Positions 1-7,694 of a stretch of DNA of 10,771 nt are shown here, piece after piece. Below the pieces are notes generated by a model. That model was not told the origin of the DNA. It did no database searches and saw only the letters and a program-made list of their open reading frames with translations. The DNA comes from Armatimonadota bacterium (GTDB lineage Bacteria; Vulcanimicrobiota; JACPDS01; JBDRKI01). Within the stretch, counting starts at the first letter, position 1. Every line of letters begins with the position of its first letter. The DNA lies in the NCBI GenBank assembly GCA_043814095.1, contig JBDRKI010000011.1:1-10771 (forward strand), in the 5' to 3' direction. Made by a program: the position numbers and the translations under genes.

Positions 1-140
1 ATCCGGTATGCCGATAAAATGAATGCCCCGACACCATAAAAAAACGGCATTCGGTTATCCGTGGAATCGGCATTCGGTTATCTCTGGAATTGACATTCGG
101 ATTCCTCTGGAATCATCATTCGATTAGCGTGGAATATGCA
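1..140. mobile_element. Terminus of an IS21-family insertion sequence; the element body lies left of the window
   Basis: Ends ...GTGGAATATGCA at 140 (reverse complement 5'-TGCATATTCCAC). It is preceded by four tandem 22-23 bp repeats and directly abuts a 5'-truncated gene. TG...CA termini with multiple internal transposase-binding repeats are established for IS21. No istA/istB is visible, so left versus right end cannot be determined. Confidence 0.8.
45..135. repeat. Four tandem imperfect direct repeats, probably IstA-binding sites
   Basis: 45-67 CGGCATTCGGTTATCCGTGGAAT; 68-90 CGGCATTCGGTTATCTCTGGAAT; 91-113 TGACATTCGGATTCCTCTGGAAT; 114-135 CATCATTCGATTAGCGTGGAAT. All share CATTCG...TGGAAT and there are no spacers between them. 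Confidence 0.93.
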
Positions 141-323
141 AAACAGACAGAAAAAAAAGAAATTAAAATAGACAAAAACAATTTTAAACAATTTTTAATT
201 AAAAAACTCTCCCAGCTTGATTTTAATAAAGTAAGAAAAGATGTCGAACGCTTTTTAATAAATGCAGAAGAGACAAAATTTTTAGATAAAGATTTAATAA
301 TAAAATTAATCGAACCATTTTAA
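141..323 (+). pseudogene. 3' fragment of a probable AbiEii/AbiGii-family nucleotidyltransferase toxin gene, interrupted by the IS21 end
   Basis: The frame starts exactly at the IS end: KQTEKKEIKIDKNNFKQFLIKKLSQLDFNKVRKDVERFLINAEETKFLDKDLIIKLIEPF*. The segment LDFNKVRKDVERFL resembles, from memory, the C-terminal helical part of AbiEii-family proteins. The first 17 residues of ORF 90..323 are IS-derived. Confidence 0.62.
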
Positions 324-666
324 AAATGCAGATACTGACATCCTCCACCAGGTCATAATTGATACTCTCCCCTCCCCTGAATACAAAAAAAGATGGGCAT
401 ATTTTATTAAGAAGGTCTATAAAGACAATCCGCTCATCTGTCCCAAATGCTCCGGACAGATGAAAATTATAGGGTTTATAGAAGAACCTCAGGCGGTTAA
501 AACAATCCTTAACTCCCTCAACCTCCGGAAAGTTCCGGTCAGGAAAGACCCGAAAAACAACAGGGCGCCTCCAAAATGTACGGATTACTGCTCAGATATT
601 GATTACGGCTGGGATGCTTACTGCACAGACCTTGTCTGGGAAGACGAAATACCTATAGCATCGTAA
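322..666 (+). pseudogene. C-terminal remnant of an IS91/ISCR-family (Y2 HUH, rolling-circle) transposase
   Basis: The frame is open from 310 to the TAA at 664-666. It reads KNADTDILHQVIIDTLPSPEYKKRWAYFIKKVYKDNPLICPKCSGQMKIIGFIEEPQAVKTILNSLNL...RAPP. The pattern WAxxIxKVY-x3-PL-x-CPxC-x3-MKII-x-FIE...RAPP is the typical IS91/ISCR C-terminal Zn-ribbon tail. The HUH and catalytic Tyr regions are absent. ORF 460..666 is only its distal part. Confidence 0.85.
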
Positions 667-797
667 TTATTCTTAAATACGGTATTGGATTAACTATGTC
701 TAAAAAAAAATATTATCCGAAAGTTTCCCGCCATTATTCTATTATAGTTCACAACGACCATCTTTTAATTCAAGCACCTATTTTTTTCTAAAAATAT

Positions 798-826
798 TGG
801 ACACAAGTCCCTCTTTTTGCTATAAT
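798..826 (+). promoter_or_regulatory. Sigma70-type outward promoter within the oriIS region
   Basis: TGGACA (798-803), 17-bp spacer, TATAAT (821-826), with an extended -10 TG at 818-819. Confidence 0.7.
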
Positions 827-861
827 TTGCTCAGAAACACAAAATCAAAGTTCCTATCTTT

Positions 862-1185
862 TTACTGCTCAAGACCTAATGCAAATTTTAAAGCATTTTC
901 AATTTCCGAAATTTTTTCATTAGACAGCTTACATATATGTTTAACAAGAAATTTTTTAGGAATTGTATTAATTACATCAAGATTTGCAACACAGGCTTTC
1001 GGCAAGCCATCCTCCTGCCCCAGCGGAACCTCAACAGGTATTTTCCTTATAGTCGTGCTTATTTCCGCCACTGTAACAAATTGACGCACCGTTATGGCTT
1101 TAGTACGGGATAATAAAACCACAGGTCTTTTACCTACAGGTTTTGGAATTTGAGCCCACCATACTTCTCCTCTATGCATTACCAT
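862..1185 (-). CDS. mazF: MazF/PemK-family endoribonuclease toxin (type II TA)
   Basis: Motifs RGEVWW, GKRPVVLLS, VTVAEISTT, ANLDVINTIPKKFL and EIENALKFALGL. The start is either 1185 or the ATG at 1179, which overlaps the antitoxin stop as TAATG. Confidence 0.93.
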   Translation of the reverse strand: MVMHRGEVWWAQIPKPVGKRPVVLLSRTKAITVRQFVTVAEISTTIRKIPVEVPLGQEDGLPKACVANLDVINTIPKKFLVKHICKLSNEKISEIENALKFALGLEQ

Positions 1186-1433
1186 TTTTCCTTTCCAAAG
1201 CTGGATAATCCCGCTTTAAAAAATGGGTCAAGGTCTGCGTAATTTTCCGGTGTCTTCTGATAGCCCTTTATATATTGATTTTCTAATATTTCTGTTTCCT
1301 GCTTTTTAAGCCATAATTTTACTGCTTCGGTCATAATATAACTGCGGGTAGTATGAGTAATTTTCCTGATTTCTTCTATTTTTTCAAAAAACTCTTTAGG
1401 TATGCTGATCGCCATTTTTTTTCTATTTATCAT
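1179..1433 (-). CDS. Ribbon-helix-helix (CopG/MazE-NdoAI-like) antitoxin
   Basis: 84 aa, directly upstream of and overlapping mazF. N-terminal RHH pattern KMAISIPKEFFEKIEEIRKITHTTRSYIMTEAVKLWL; C-terminal YIKGY helix. SD-like GAAGGGG before the ATG. Confidence 0.88.
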   Translation of the reverse strand: MINRKKMAISIPKEFFEKIEEIRKITHTTRSYIMTEAVKLWLKKQETEILENQYIKGYQKTPENYADLDPFFKAGLSSFGKEKW

Positions 1434-1453
1434 AATTACCCCTTCTCTCTATC

Positions 1454-1477
1454 ATACTTTCTTCCTACTTAAAGTAT
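1454..1477. promoter_or_regulatory. Putative antitoxin operator (inverted repeat)
   Basis: ATACTTT (1454-1460), 10 bp, AAAGTAT (1471-1477). It overlaps the -10 box and the expected +1, the usual position for TA autorepression. Confidence 0.5.
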
Positions 1478-1501
1478 AACTCATTGGAATACCGTAGTCA
1501 A
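1473..1501 (-). promoter_or_regulatory. Sigma70 promoter of the TA operon
   Basis: Minus strand TTGACT (1501-1496), 17-bp spacer, TATACT (1478-1473), about 40 bp upstream of the antitoxin ATG. Confidence 0.8.
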
Positions 1502-1527
1502 GCTTTATTAAACCATGAAATAAGCTG

Positions 1528-2997
1528 CTATTTAAACGAAATACAAGAAGCTGCTTTGGCAAGAATGTCTTTTATAAGTTTTTTTGGACTCTTAAACCTT
1601 TCCTGCCAGATAAGGTAACGGCAGAATTTATCCCTTAATTCAAGCAATTTTTCAGGAGTAAAGTCAGGAGTAGTTATATTAGCTCTGTAAATGCTTAATT
1701 TATCAAGATTAAAGTCCCCGGGCAGGTAATTATTGTCTTTGCATATACTGTAAAGCTCTGTGCCGGGGTAAGGAGTAGCTATGGATATGAAAGGATCATA
1801 AATTCCCAGTTTAGCGGCATACCGAAAGCTGTCTTTCATGCTTTTTTCCGTCTGACCGGGTATACCTATAACAATAAAAATACCTGTTTCCATCCCTATC
1901 TTTTTTGCATATTTTAAAAGCGGGGGCACTTTTTTTAAATCAAGAGGTTTTTTAATGATTTTATCAAGATCAGACTGGTTGCCTGACTCAATTGCCAGAT
2001 TAAGACAGTAGCAGCCGCTTTTTTTCATCTTCTTTATAATTCTCTCGTTTAATGCAAAAGCGGCAACACCGTTAGGTGTATCCCATATAAGGTTAAGATT
2101 TTCTTTGATCATAAGATCAAAAAGCTTCTCTGCTCTTTCTACATCCAGTGTTAAATTATCATCTTCAAAGATAATTTCTTCTATACCGTATTTTTTCTTT
2201 AAAAATTTCAGCTCTTCTATAACATTCTCAGGGGAACGAGTTCTGAATTTTCTGCCCCACACTTTACTTGCGGAACAGAAAACACAGCCGAAAGGACACC
2301 CGCGTGATGTGATAACAGGCATATAGCGGTCTTTTTTTCTCATGCCGTGACAGTACTTCTGACCGAAGTATTTATCCCAGTTAATAAGCTCATAGGAAGG
2401 CATAGGAATAGAATCCAGATCTTCAATAAATCTGTTTTTGGGTATTATATAAGGTTTGTTATCTTTTTTAAACGAGATCCCGTCCAGTTTATCTTCAGGG
2501 AGGGTACCTTCAAGGTATTTTAAAAGCTCTAAAAAAGAATCTTCGCCCTCTCCTAAAATTATATAATCCAGAAATTCACCTTTAATCTCTTCTTCGGGAT
2601 CTGCTGTGGGATGAGCCCCGCCTGCAACGGTTATAATATTTTTATCAATAGTTTTAACCAGCTTGTAAATCCGGTGTGCGTTATCTCTCTGTCTTGTAAA
2701 GTGGCTGCTTACACCTACTATATCCGGTGAAAAATCTCTTATTCTTTTTTCTATTTCCTCAAAACTAAGCCCTATTCTTTCAACATTATCATCAATAGAT
2801 GTAGATGATTCCCATCCTTCTGCAAGACAGTCCAGTATATTTACTTCCCTGCCGTCTTTTGTAAGAACCGCCGCTATATAGGCAAGCCCTAGAGGAGGAA
2901 TAGGATTAATATCCCTTGTCCCTTTAAATATATATGCAGGAGGAACAAGAAGAAGTATTTTGTTGAATTTTTTATTTGAATTAGGTCTTTTTTCCAT
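1528..2997 (-). CDS. Cobalamin (B12)-binding radical SAM protein, class B methyltransferase-like
   Basis: N-terminal B12-binding domain (PPLGLAYIAAVL, PDIVGVS, VAGGAHPT, GEGE). TSRGCPFGCVFC carries the CxxxCxxC motif at 2275-2298. Also FEDDN, IESG and ATPYPGTELY. Confidence 0.93.
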   Translation of the reverse strand: MEKRPNSNKKFNKILLLVPPAYIFKGTRDINPIPPLGLAYIAAVLTKDGREVNILDCLAEGWESSTSIDDNVERIGLSFEEIEKRIRDFSPDIVGVSSHFTRQRDNAHRIYKLVKTIDKNIITVAGGAHPTADPEEEIKGEFLDYIILGEGEDSFLELLKYLEGTLPEDKLDGISFKKDNKPYIIPKNRFIEDLDSIPMPSYELINWDKYFGQKYCHGMRKKDRYMPVITSRGCPFGCVFCSASKVWGRKFRTRSPENVIEELKFLKKKYGIEEIIFEDDNLTLDVERAEKLFDLMIKENLNLIWDTPNGVAAFALNERIIKKMKKSGCYCLNLAIESGNQSDLDKIIKKPLDLKKVPPLLKYAKKIGMETGIFIVIGIPGQTEKSMKDSFRYAAKLGIYDPFISIATPYPGTELYSICKDNNYLPGDFNLDKLSIYRANITTPDFTPEKLLELRDKFCRYLIWQERFKSPKKLIKDILAKAASCISFK

Positions 2998-4784
2998 TAC
3001 ACCCTGCCGTACTGTACCTGGTAAAAAGAGCTGTAATAACCTTTTTTACCGAGAAGCTCTTCATGAGTACCTGATTCAATTAGACGGCCTTTATCCAGAA
3101 CCACTATATTATCTGCTTTCTCAATAGTGGAAAGCCTGTGTGCAATAGCTACAACTGTACGCCCGCGTGAGAGGTTCTCAACTGCTTCCTGGATAAGCTT
3201 CTCTGTCTTTGTATCCATTGCGCTTGTAGCTTCATCAAGTATTAAAATCTCAGGATTATTTATGAGGGCTCTTGCTATTGATATTCTCTGCTTCTGCCCC
3301 CCGGAGAGTCTTACTCCCCTCTCGCCGACTACAGTATCATAACCATCGGGCATATCAGATATAAACTCATGAGCATTTGCAGCTTCTGCCGCTTTTACAA
3401 CCTCTTCATCAGAAACGGAAAAATTCCCGTACCTTATATTATCCTTAACAGTTGCGTTAAAGATAAATACATCCTGTGAAACAAAACCTATCTTTTTTCT
3501 CCATGAATAAATATCAAACTCTTTTAAAGGCATGCCGTCAATTACTATGCTACCTGAAGTTGCGTCATAAAATCTGGGGATAAGGTTTACAAGAGTTGAT
3601 TTACCCGCACCTGTAGCCCCTACAACAGCTGTAGTTCTGCCTTTCGGTATGATTAAGTTTATATCTTTTAAAACATACTGGTTTTCACTATATGCAAAAT
3701 TTACATCCTTAAATTCAATACTGTTCTTAAAGGCCTCCATAGCTTTGTCTCCGTTTTTCATGGAGAACTTTTCTATATCATCCTCAACCTCTTTATATGT
3801 ATAAAAAGCGGCAAGGTTATTAGCCATCTGACCACGGTAAGTATTGACCATATTAAGCTGCTGTATAGTCCTGTTTAAAAGAACCACATACACAAGTGCA
3901 TACGGGATCATAGAGGTAAAATTTATATTTACAGTCCTTACTGCAATAAAGAAAATAACTATAAATACAGTCAACATAAGGGTTTCCGTCAAGGGAGCGA
4001 TAAGAAAATTATATTTTTCATATTTATAATTAGCATCAATAAATTCACTATCTGCTTTTTTAAATCTTTCCTTCTCGTAATTCTCGGCACCGAAACTTTT
4101 AATAACCCTTATACCCGTCAGAACTTCTAAAACTATGAAATTAAACTTTGAAGAAGCTTTTGAACCTATATCACCGAGTATCTTAACTTTCCTTATTATG
4201 TGCTGTATGAAAGGAAATACAAAAAGCATTAACACTGCAACGACAATACTGAACTTCCATGATACCATTGCAAGTATAGCAACATATACCAGAACTTTAA
4301 CGGCGACTGTCAGAAGATTAAGCAGCGTGCTTAAAAAGGTACCCATCCTAACAGTTTCATAGTATATACTGCTTACAAGATGCCCTGATTTTACCGAATC
4401 ATAATATTTGTTGCTGCAGTATAGAATCTTCTCAACAAGGCTCTCCCTTAAATTTCCTATGGCTCTATATTTTAATCTGCTTGCCATAATATAGGCGGCA
4501 TAAGTAAATAGATTCTTCAGAACCATCATTGCGAATATGAAAATAAGGATTGTGACAAGTATTTTTTTCTGGTCCATCCCTTCAAACAAAAAATTAAACC
4601 TGCTTAACAGTGGAAAGCCGGACGAGGCTTCCGCGCCGCCTGATATAATATTCTGGAAAAGCGGTATAAGCATGGTTATTGAAAAGCCCTCAAAAACACC
4701 ACTTACAAGGCTTACCAGAACCACAAAAATAATCTGGTTTGAATATCTTTTAAGATATAAATATGCAGGCAGGTATTTATTCAT
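2997..4784 (-). CDS. ABC exporter with fused TMD and NBD (MsbA/PglK-like; possible lipid-linked glycan flippase)
   Basis: N-terminal hydrophobic segments, Walker A GATGAGKST, Q-loop VSQD, signature LSGGQKQR, Walker B ILILDEATS and H-loop IAHRLST. Confidence 0.95.
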   Translation of the reverse strand: MNKYLPAYLYLKRYSNQIIFVVLVSLVSGVFEGFSITMLIPLFQNIISGGAEASSGFPLLSRFNFLFEGMDQKKILVTILIFIFAMMVLKNLFTYAAYIMASRLKYRAIGNLRESLVEKILYCSNKYYDSVKSGHLVSSIYYETVRMGTFLSTLLNLLTVAVKVLVYVAILAMVSWKFSIVVAVLMLFVFPFIQHIIRKVKILGDIGSKASSKFNFIVLEVLTGIRVIKSFGAENYEKERFKKADSEFIDANYKYEKYNFLIAPLTETLMLTVFIVIFFIAVRTVNINFTSMIPYALVYVVLLNRTIQQLNMVNTYRGQMANNLAAFYTYKEVEDDIEKFSMKNGDKAMEAFKNSIEFKDVNFAYSENQYVLKDINLIIPKGRTTAVVGATGAGKSTLVNLIPRFYDATSGSIVIDGMPLKEFDIYSWRKKIGFVSQDVFIFNATVKDNIRYGNFSVSDEEVVKAAEAANAHEFISDMPDGYDTVVGERGVRLSGGQKQRISIARALINNPEILILDEATSAMDTKTEKLIQEAVENLSRGRTVVAIAHRLSTIEKADNIVVLDKGRLIESGTHEELLGKKGYYSSFYQVQYGRV

Positions 4785-4793
4785 AATAATATC

Positions 4794-6650
4794 CTATACT
4801 TTATCTTTACCAAATACAAGAGACTCAACAAGATTTTCTATATTTTCCTTTGTTTTTTCTCTTGCAACAAAACGGTTATAAAAAGTATTATCTCTTTTTT
4901 TATCTAATTTACCTTTAATGAAAAGATCCAGGTTTTCTATGGTTTTATCTATATCTTCAAAATAATAAGTGCGTTTTGTAAGGTCAGACACAGCACCCTT
5001 CTCTATTGTTCTTACAACATTCTCATTTATTACAAATATATCAGTATTGAGCCCGGAAACCTCATAGAGTGATGTTGTAGGATGATCAATTATGACACAC
5101 CCCTGATCATATTCGGCAAGAACCTGTCCGAAGGGTACATTATAAATAACTTCTACTTTTTTAAGATCTTCCAGCATAGGCAGAACTGATAAAGTCTCAT
5201 AACTTGCATTAGGAAAAGGTTTTATCATGACTGATACATTCTCAAGAGATTCAAGATACTTAAGCAGTTTTATCTTTTTTTCGTTTATCTCATCGGGCTT
5301 TTCCCGTATCATACCGCCGTCAAGCATACAGAATGTATTTACTATGGGGTAAAGTATATCAACTTTTTTCTTCTGTTTGTTCTCTTTGCTTTGTTTAACA
5401 ATATTAGCAATCCTCGCAGAACCGAAACTGTATACAGGAAGATTAAAGTCTTTTTCTGGATATGTAATTTTCAGGTCATCTTTCCCGTAACCATAGGTAA
5501 TGTAGTGTGTACATCTTGTCATATCCGCTATATAAACATCATGATTGAAATGATTCCCTGCAAGACCGCCATGCTCGCATCCCAGGACAGGTATATTATC
5601 TGCAAGCAAGTATTCAAAAAGTAACGCCTTAAAACCGTACGTAGGCGGATTCCCCCATACACCCAGCTTCACTTTTACTTTTTTATTAATATCTTCAAAT
5701 GATTTAAGATAGACAAGCAGATTATTAATCTTACTGTTAAAATCTTCTTTAATATCCTTAAGAAGTAGATCTTTAAGCTCCGGATATCTGCTATCATAAT
5801 CTAAAGATAAATCATCTAAACTCAGGTTGAATTTTTTCTTTGTTTTTAATGATTTTTTAAAGCCGGCAGGAAGAGCCCCTTTCATCTCAGTCCCTGTATC
5901 ATACCTTATGATATTATATTTTGAGCCTCCGTGCAGGAAAACAAGATCATAAAGACTGTCATAAAGAAGTATATAAGGCTTCTTTTTACCTTTTATTTTT
6001 TTAACCAAATTAATAAATGTTCTACTACTTCTTTTAAGAAATCCTATAATCTTTTTCAAAACAGATTCTTTCTGACCCTTAACAGGTGCATTCCTTTTAT
6101 AAAGAGGTATAAATTCCATGCTACCGGCATCTACCGGAACATCTTTTTTAATTTCCTTAAATACAGTATCTGTTTTTATACTATCTAAAAGATCTTTAAG
6201 TGTTGTTGAAGATGCAAAAAATCTGCTTAAAGAATGATCATAAAAGAATACATCTTTAATGCCTTTTTCACTGATTACTGTTGATAAAGATTGTATAAAA
6301 TTAACAAACGAGTTAAACCTGAGGTATATAAGGTAAGCATAAAGGGACTTAAAAAACCTTATATTCTTAAATCCGGATTGGCTGTTTAAGCCTTCTGAAT
6401 ACTTACTATCAAGTGCATCTGTAAGTTCAATTGCAAACTTATCTGCTTTTTTTAAATTATCCGCTGTTTTTTCCCTTGATATATATTTACTTAAACAGTC
6501 ACATTTAATCCCGTATTTATAATCTAAAAAAAATTCTACGGATGCATGAGAAGTAAATAAATAATAATCTTTCAGGCTGTTCTTAAACGCTTTATTATTT
6601 AAAAGAAATGGTATATCGCTGATCTTGTTTATGATAATAGCTTTTTTCAT
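4794..6650 (-). CDS. Hypothetical 618-aa protein; probable GT-B-like surface-carbohydrate transferase
   Basis: Long ORF in the operon with 6-bp and 9-bp gaps to its neighbours. The C-terminal half has VLGCEHGG, YITYG, ILYP, VMIKPFP and IIDHPTTSLYE, an order recalling the (Q)HG / KxHP / S(S/T)xxxE motifs of GT-B capsule, Kdo, sialyl and polyol-phosphate transferases. The function is inferred. Confidence 0.6.
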   Translation of the reverse strand: MKKAIIINKISDIPFLLNNKAFKNSLKDYYLFTSHASVEFFLDYKYGIKCDCLSKYISREKTADNLKKADKFAIELTDALDSKYSEGLNSQSGFKNIRFFKSLYAYLIYLRFNSFVNFIQSLSTVISEKGIKDVFFYDHSLSRFFASSTTLKDLLDSIKTDTVFKEIKKDVPVDAGSMEFIPLYKRNAPVKGQKESVLKKIIGFLKRSSRTFINLVKKIKGKKKPYILLYDSLYDLVFLHGGSKYNIIRYDTGTEMKGALPAGFKKSLKTKKKFNLSLDDLSLDYDSRYPELKDLLLKDIKEDFNSKINNLLVYLKSFEDINKKVKVKLGVWGNPPTYGFKALLFEYLLADNIPVLGCEHGGLAGNHFNHDVYIADMTRCTHYITYGYGKDDLKITYPEKDFNLPVYSFGSARIANIVKQSKENKQKKKVDILYPIVNTFCMLDGGMIREKPDEINEKKIKLLKYLESLENVSVMIKPFPNASYETLSVLPMLEDLKKVEVIYNVPFGQVLAEYDQGCVIIDHPTTSLYEVSGLNTDIFVINENVVRTIEKGAVSDLTKRTYYFEDIDKTIENLDLFIKGKLDKKRDNTFYNRFVAREKTKENIENLVESLVFGKDKV

Positions 6651-6656
6651 AATTCC

Positions 6657-7694
6657 CTATGCCAGAGCTTCGTATTTTTCCCTGCTTCTTAAAGAATTAA
6701 GGCAGTTCAAACAAAATTTATTCAACGGTTTTTCTTTTTTTAACTGCCCTCTCAGATCATTTATAAAATCCGACCTCCAGGCTTCCTGAATACTCATATC
6801 CTTAATATTACCTATCACAACATGTTTGGAAAAATCGGTACAGCAGGGCCTGAGCTCCCCGTCCCAGTTGATATACAGTGTGCTGTTGGGATAATCACAT
6901 CTTAGTTTTTCTTCTTCAATTGAAGAATATCTTAACTCATTTATGTTCTTAACATCTATTAAGGCCTGTACGTCAACTTCATCGGCAATATTACACCAGA
7001 AGTTTATAAAATCATTTTTATCATTCTTGGTTAAATTATAATCAACAAAACTAACTCTTAAGATCGGGAGTTTTACACTCTTTCTTTCTCTTTTATCCAG
7101 AAAGTTAAACACATTGGACATTAACCTGTAATAACTTGCTCCCCTTACTTTTTTATAGGTCTCATACCGGGCCGCGTCAACTGATACATGGAGTCTGGTA
7201 ACATTTGAGTTTAATATAAGCTCTACTATATCATCACCTAAAAGCTGGGCATTAGTGAATATAAAGAAGTCTTCAAATTCTTTATCAGATATATACTTGA
7301 TTACTTCCTTAACCTCTTTATACAACAAGGGTTCACTGCTTGAACCGATTGCGACTGATAAAGCGCCTATATCTTTGCATTCATCAATAAGTTTATAAAT
7401 CTTATCAAGAGAAAGATATGCTCTTTCTTTTTTACCGTCGCTGAATCTTCTATAACAGTGAACACATGACAGGTTGCATGAATCTTTAAGTGCGAAGGTT
7501 ACGAAAAGAGGAGCATCTGATTTTATACTTCCATTCCTTACTGCTTCCCACTTCTGCCTGTATTTTAAAAACTTTTCTGCTTTCTCTTTTTTACCGTTTT
7601 TAAGATACTCATTATATATAATCAGGTTAGGATCGGACTTCCCGAAATGCTTAACCATATCTATGGCTTCTGTTCGTCTGATAAGCTCTTCCAT
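6657..7694 (-). CDS. Radical SAM protein with a C-terminal SPASM/twitch domain
   Basis: CNLSCVHC at 7455-7478; SSSEPLL in place of GGEP; FTNA; VSVDA; C-terminal CDYP...INWDGELRPCC...IGNIKDMSIQEAW...CLNC. Confidence 0.92.
   Translation of the reverse strand: MEELIRRTEAIDMVKHFGKSDPNLIIYNEYLKNGKKEKAEKFLKYRQKWEAVRNGSIKSDAPLFVTFALKDSCNLSCVHCYRRFSDGKKERAYLSLDKIYKLIDECKDIGALSVAIGSSSEPLLYKEVKEVIKYISDKEFEDFFIFTNAQLLGDDIVELILNSNVTRLHVSVDAARYETYKKVRGASYYRLMSNVFNFLDKRERKSVKLPILRVSFVDYNLTKNDKNDFINFWCNIADEVDVQALIDVKNINELRYSSIEEEKLRCDYPNSTLYINWDGELRPCCTDFSKHVVIGNIKDMSIQEAWRSDFINDLRGQLKKEKPLNKFCLNCLNSLRSREKYEALA

Larger units (their letters stand above)
322..858 (+). mobile_element. Non-autonomous IS91/ISCR-like remnant with an oriIS-like end
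   Basis: The transposase tail is followed about 190 bp later by AAAATCAAAGTTCCTATC (841-858). This matches the TTCCTAT core of IS91/IS1294/ISCR oriIS ends, which lie 3' of the transposase gene. Confidence 0.7.

Noticed and set aside
45-135. CRISPR array or plasmid iterons
   Set aside because: The repeats are directly adjacent with no unique spacers, and they end in an IS21-like CA terminus that interrupts a gene.
90-323. ORF 90..323 as an intact 77-aa gene
   Set aside because: It is chimeric: the TTG start and first 17 codons lie inside the IS repeats.
460-666. Stand-alone 68-aa gene or RiPP precursor (Cys/Trp/Tyr-rich tail) for the radical SAM enzymes
   Set aside because: The frame extends upstream into a clear IS91-type transposase tail, and it is on the opposite strand and separate from the operon.
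797-1084. Plus-strand 95-aa ORF
   Set aside because: It is mostly antisense to mazF, its TTG start lies in the -35 box of the predicted promoter, and it has no recognisable motif.
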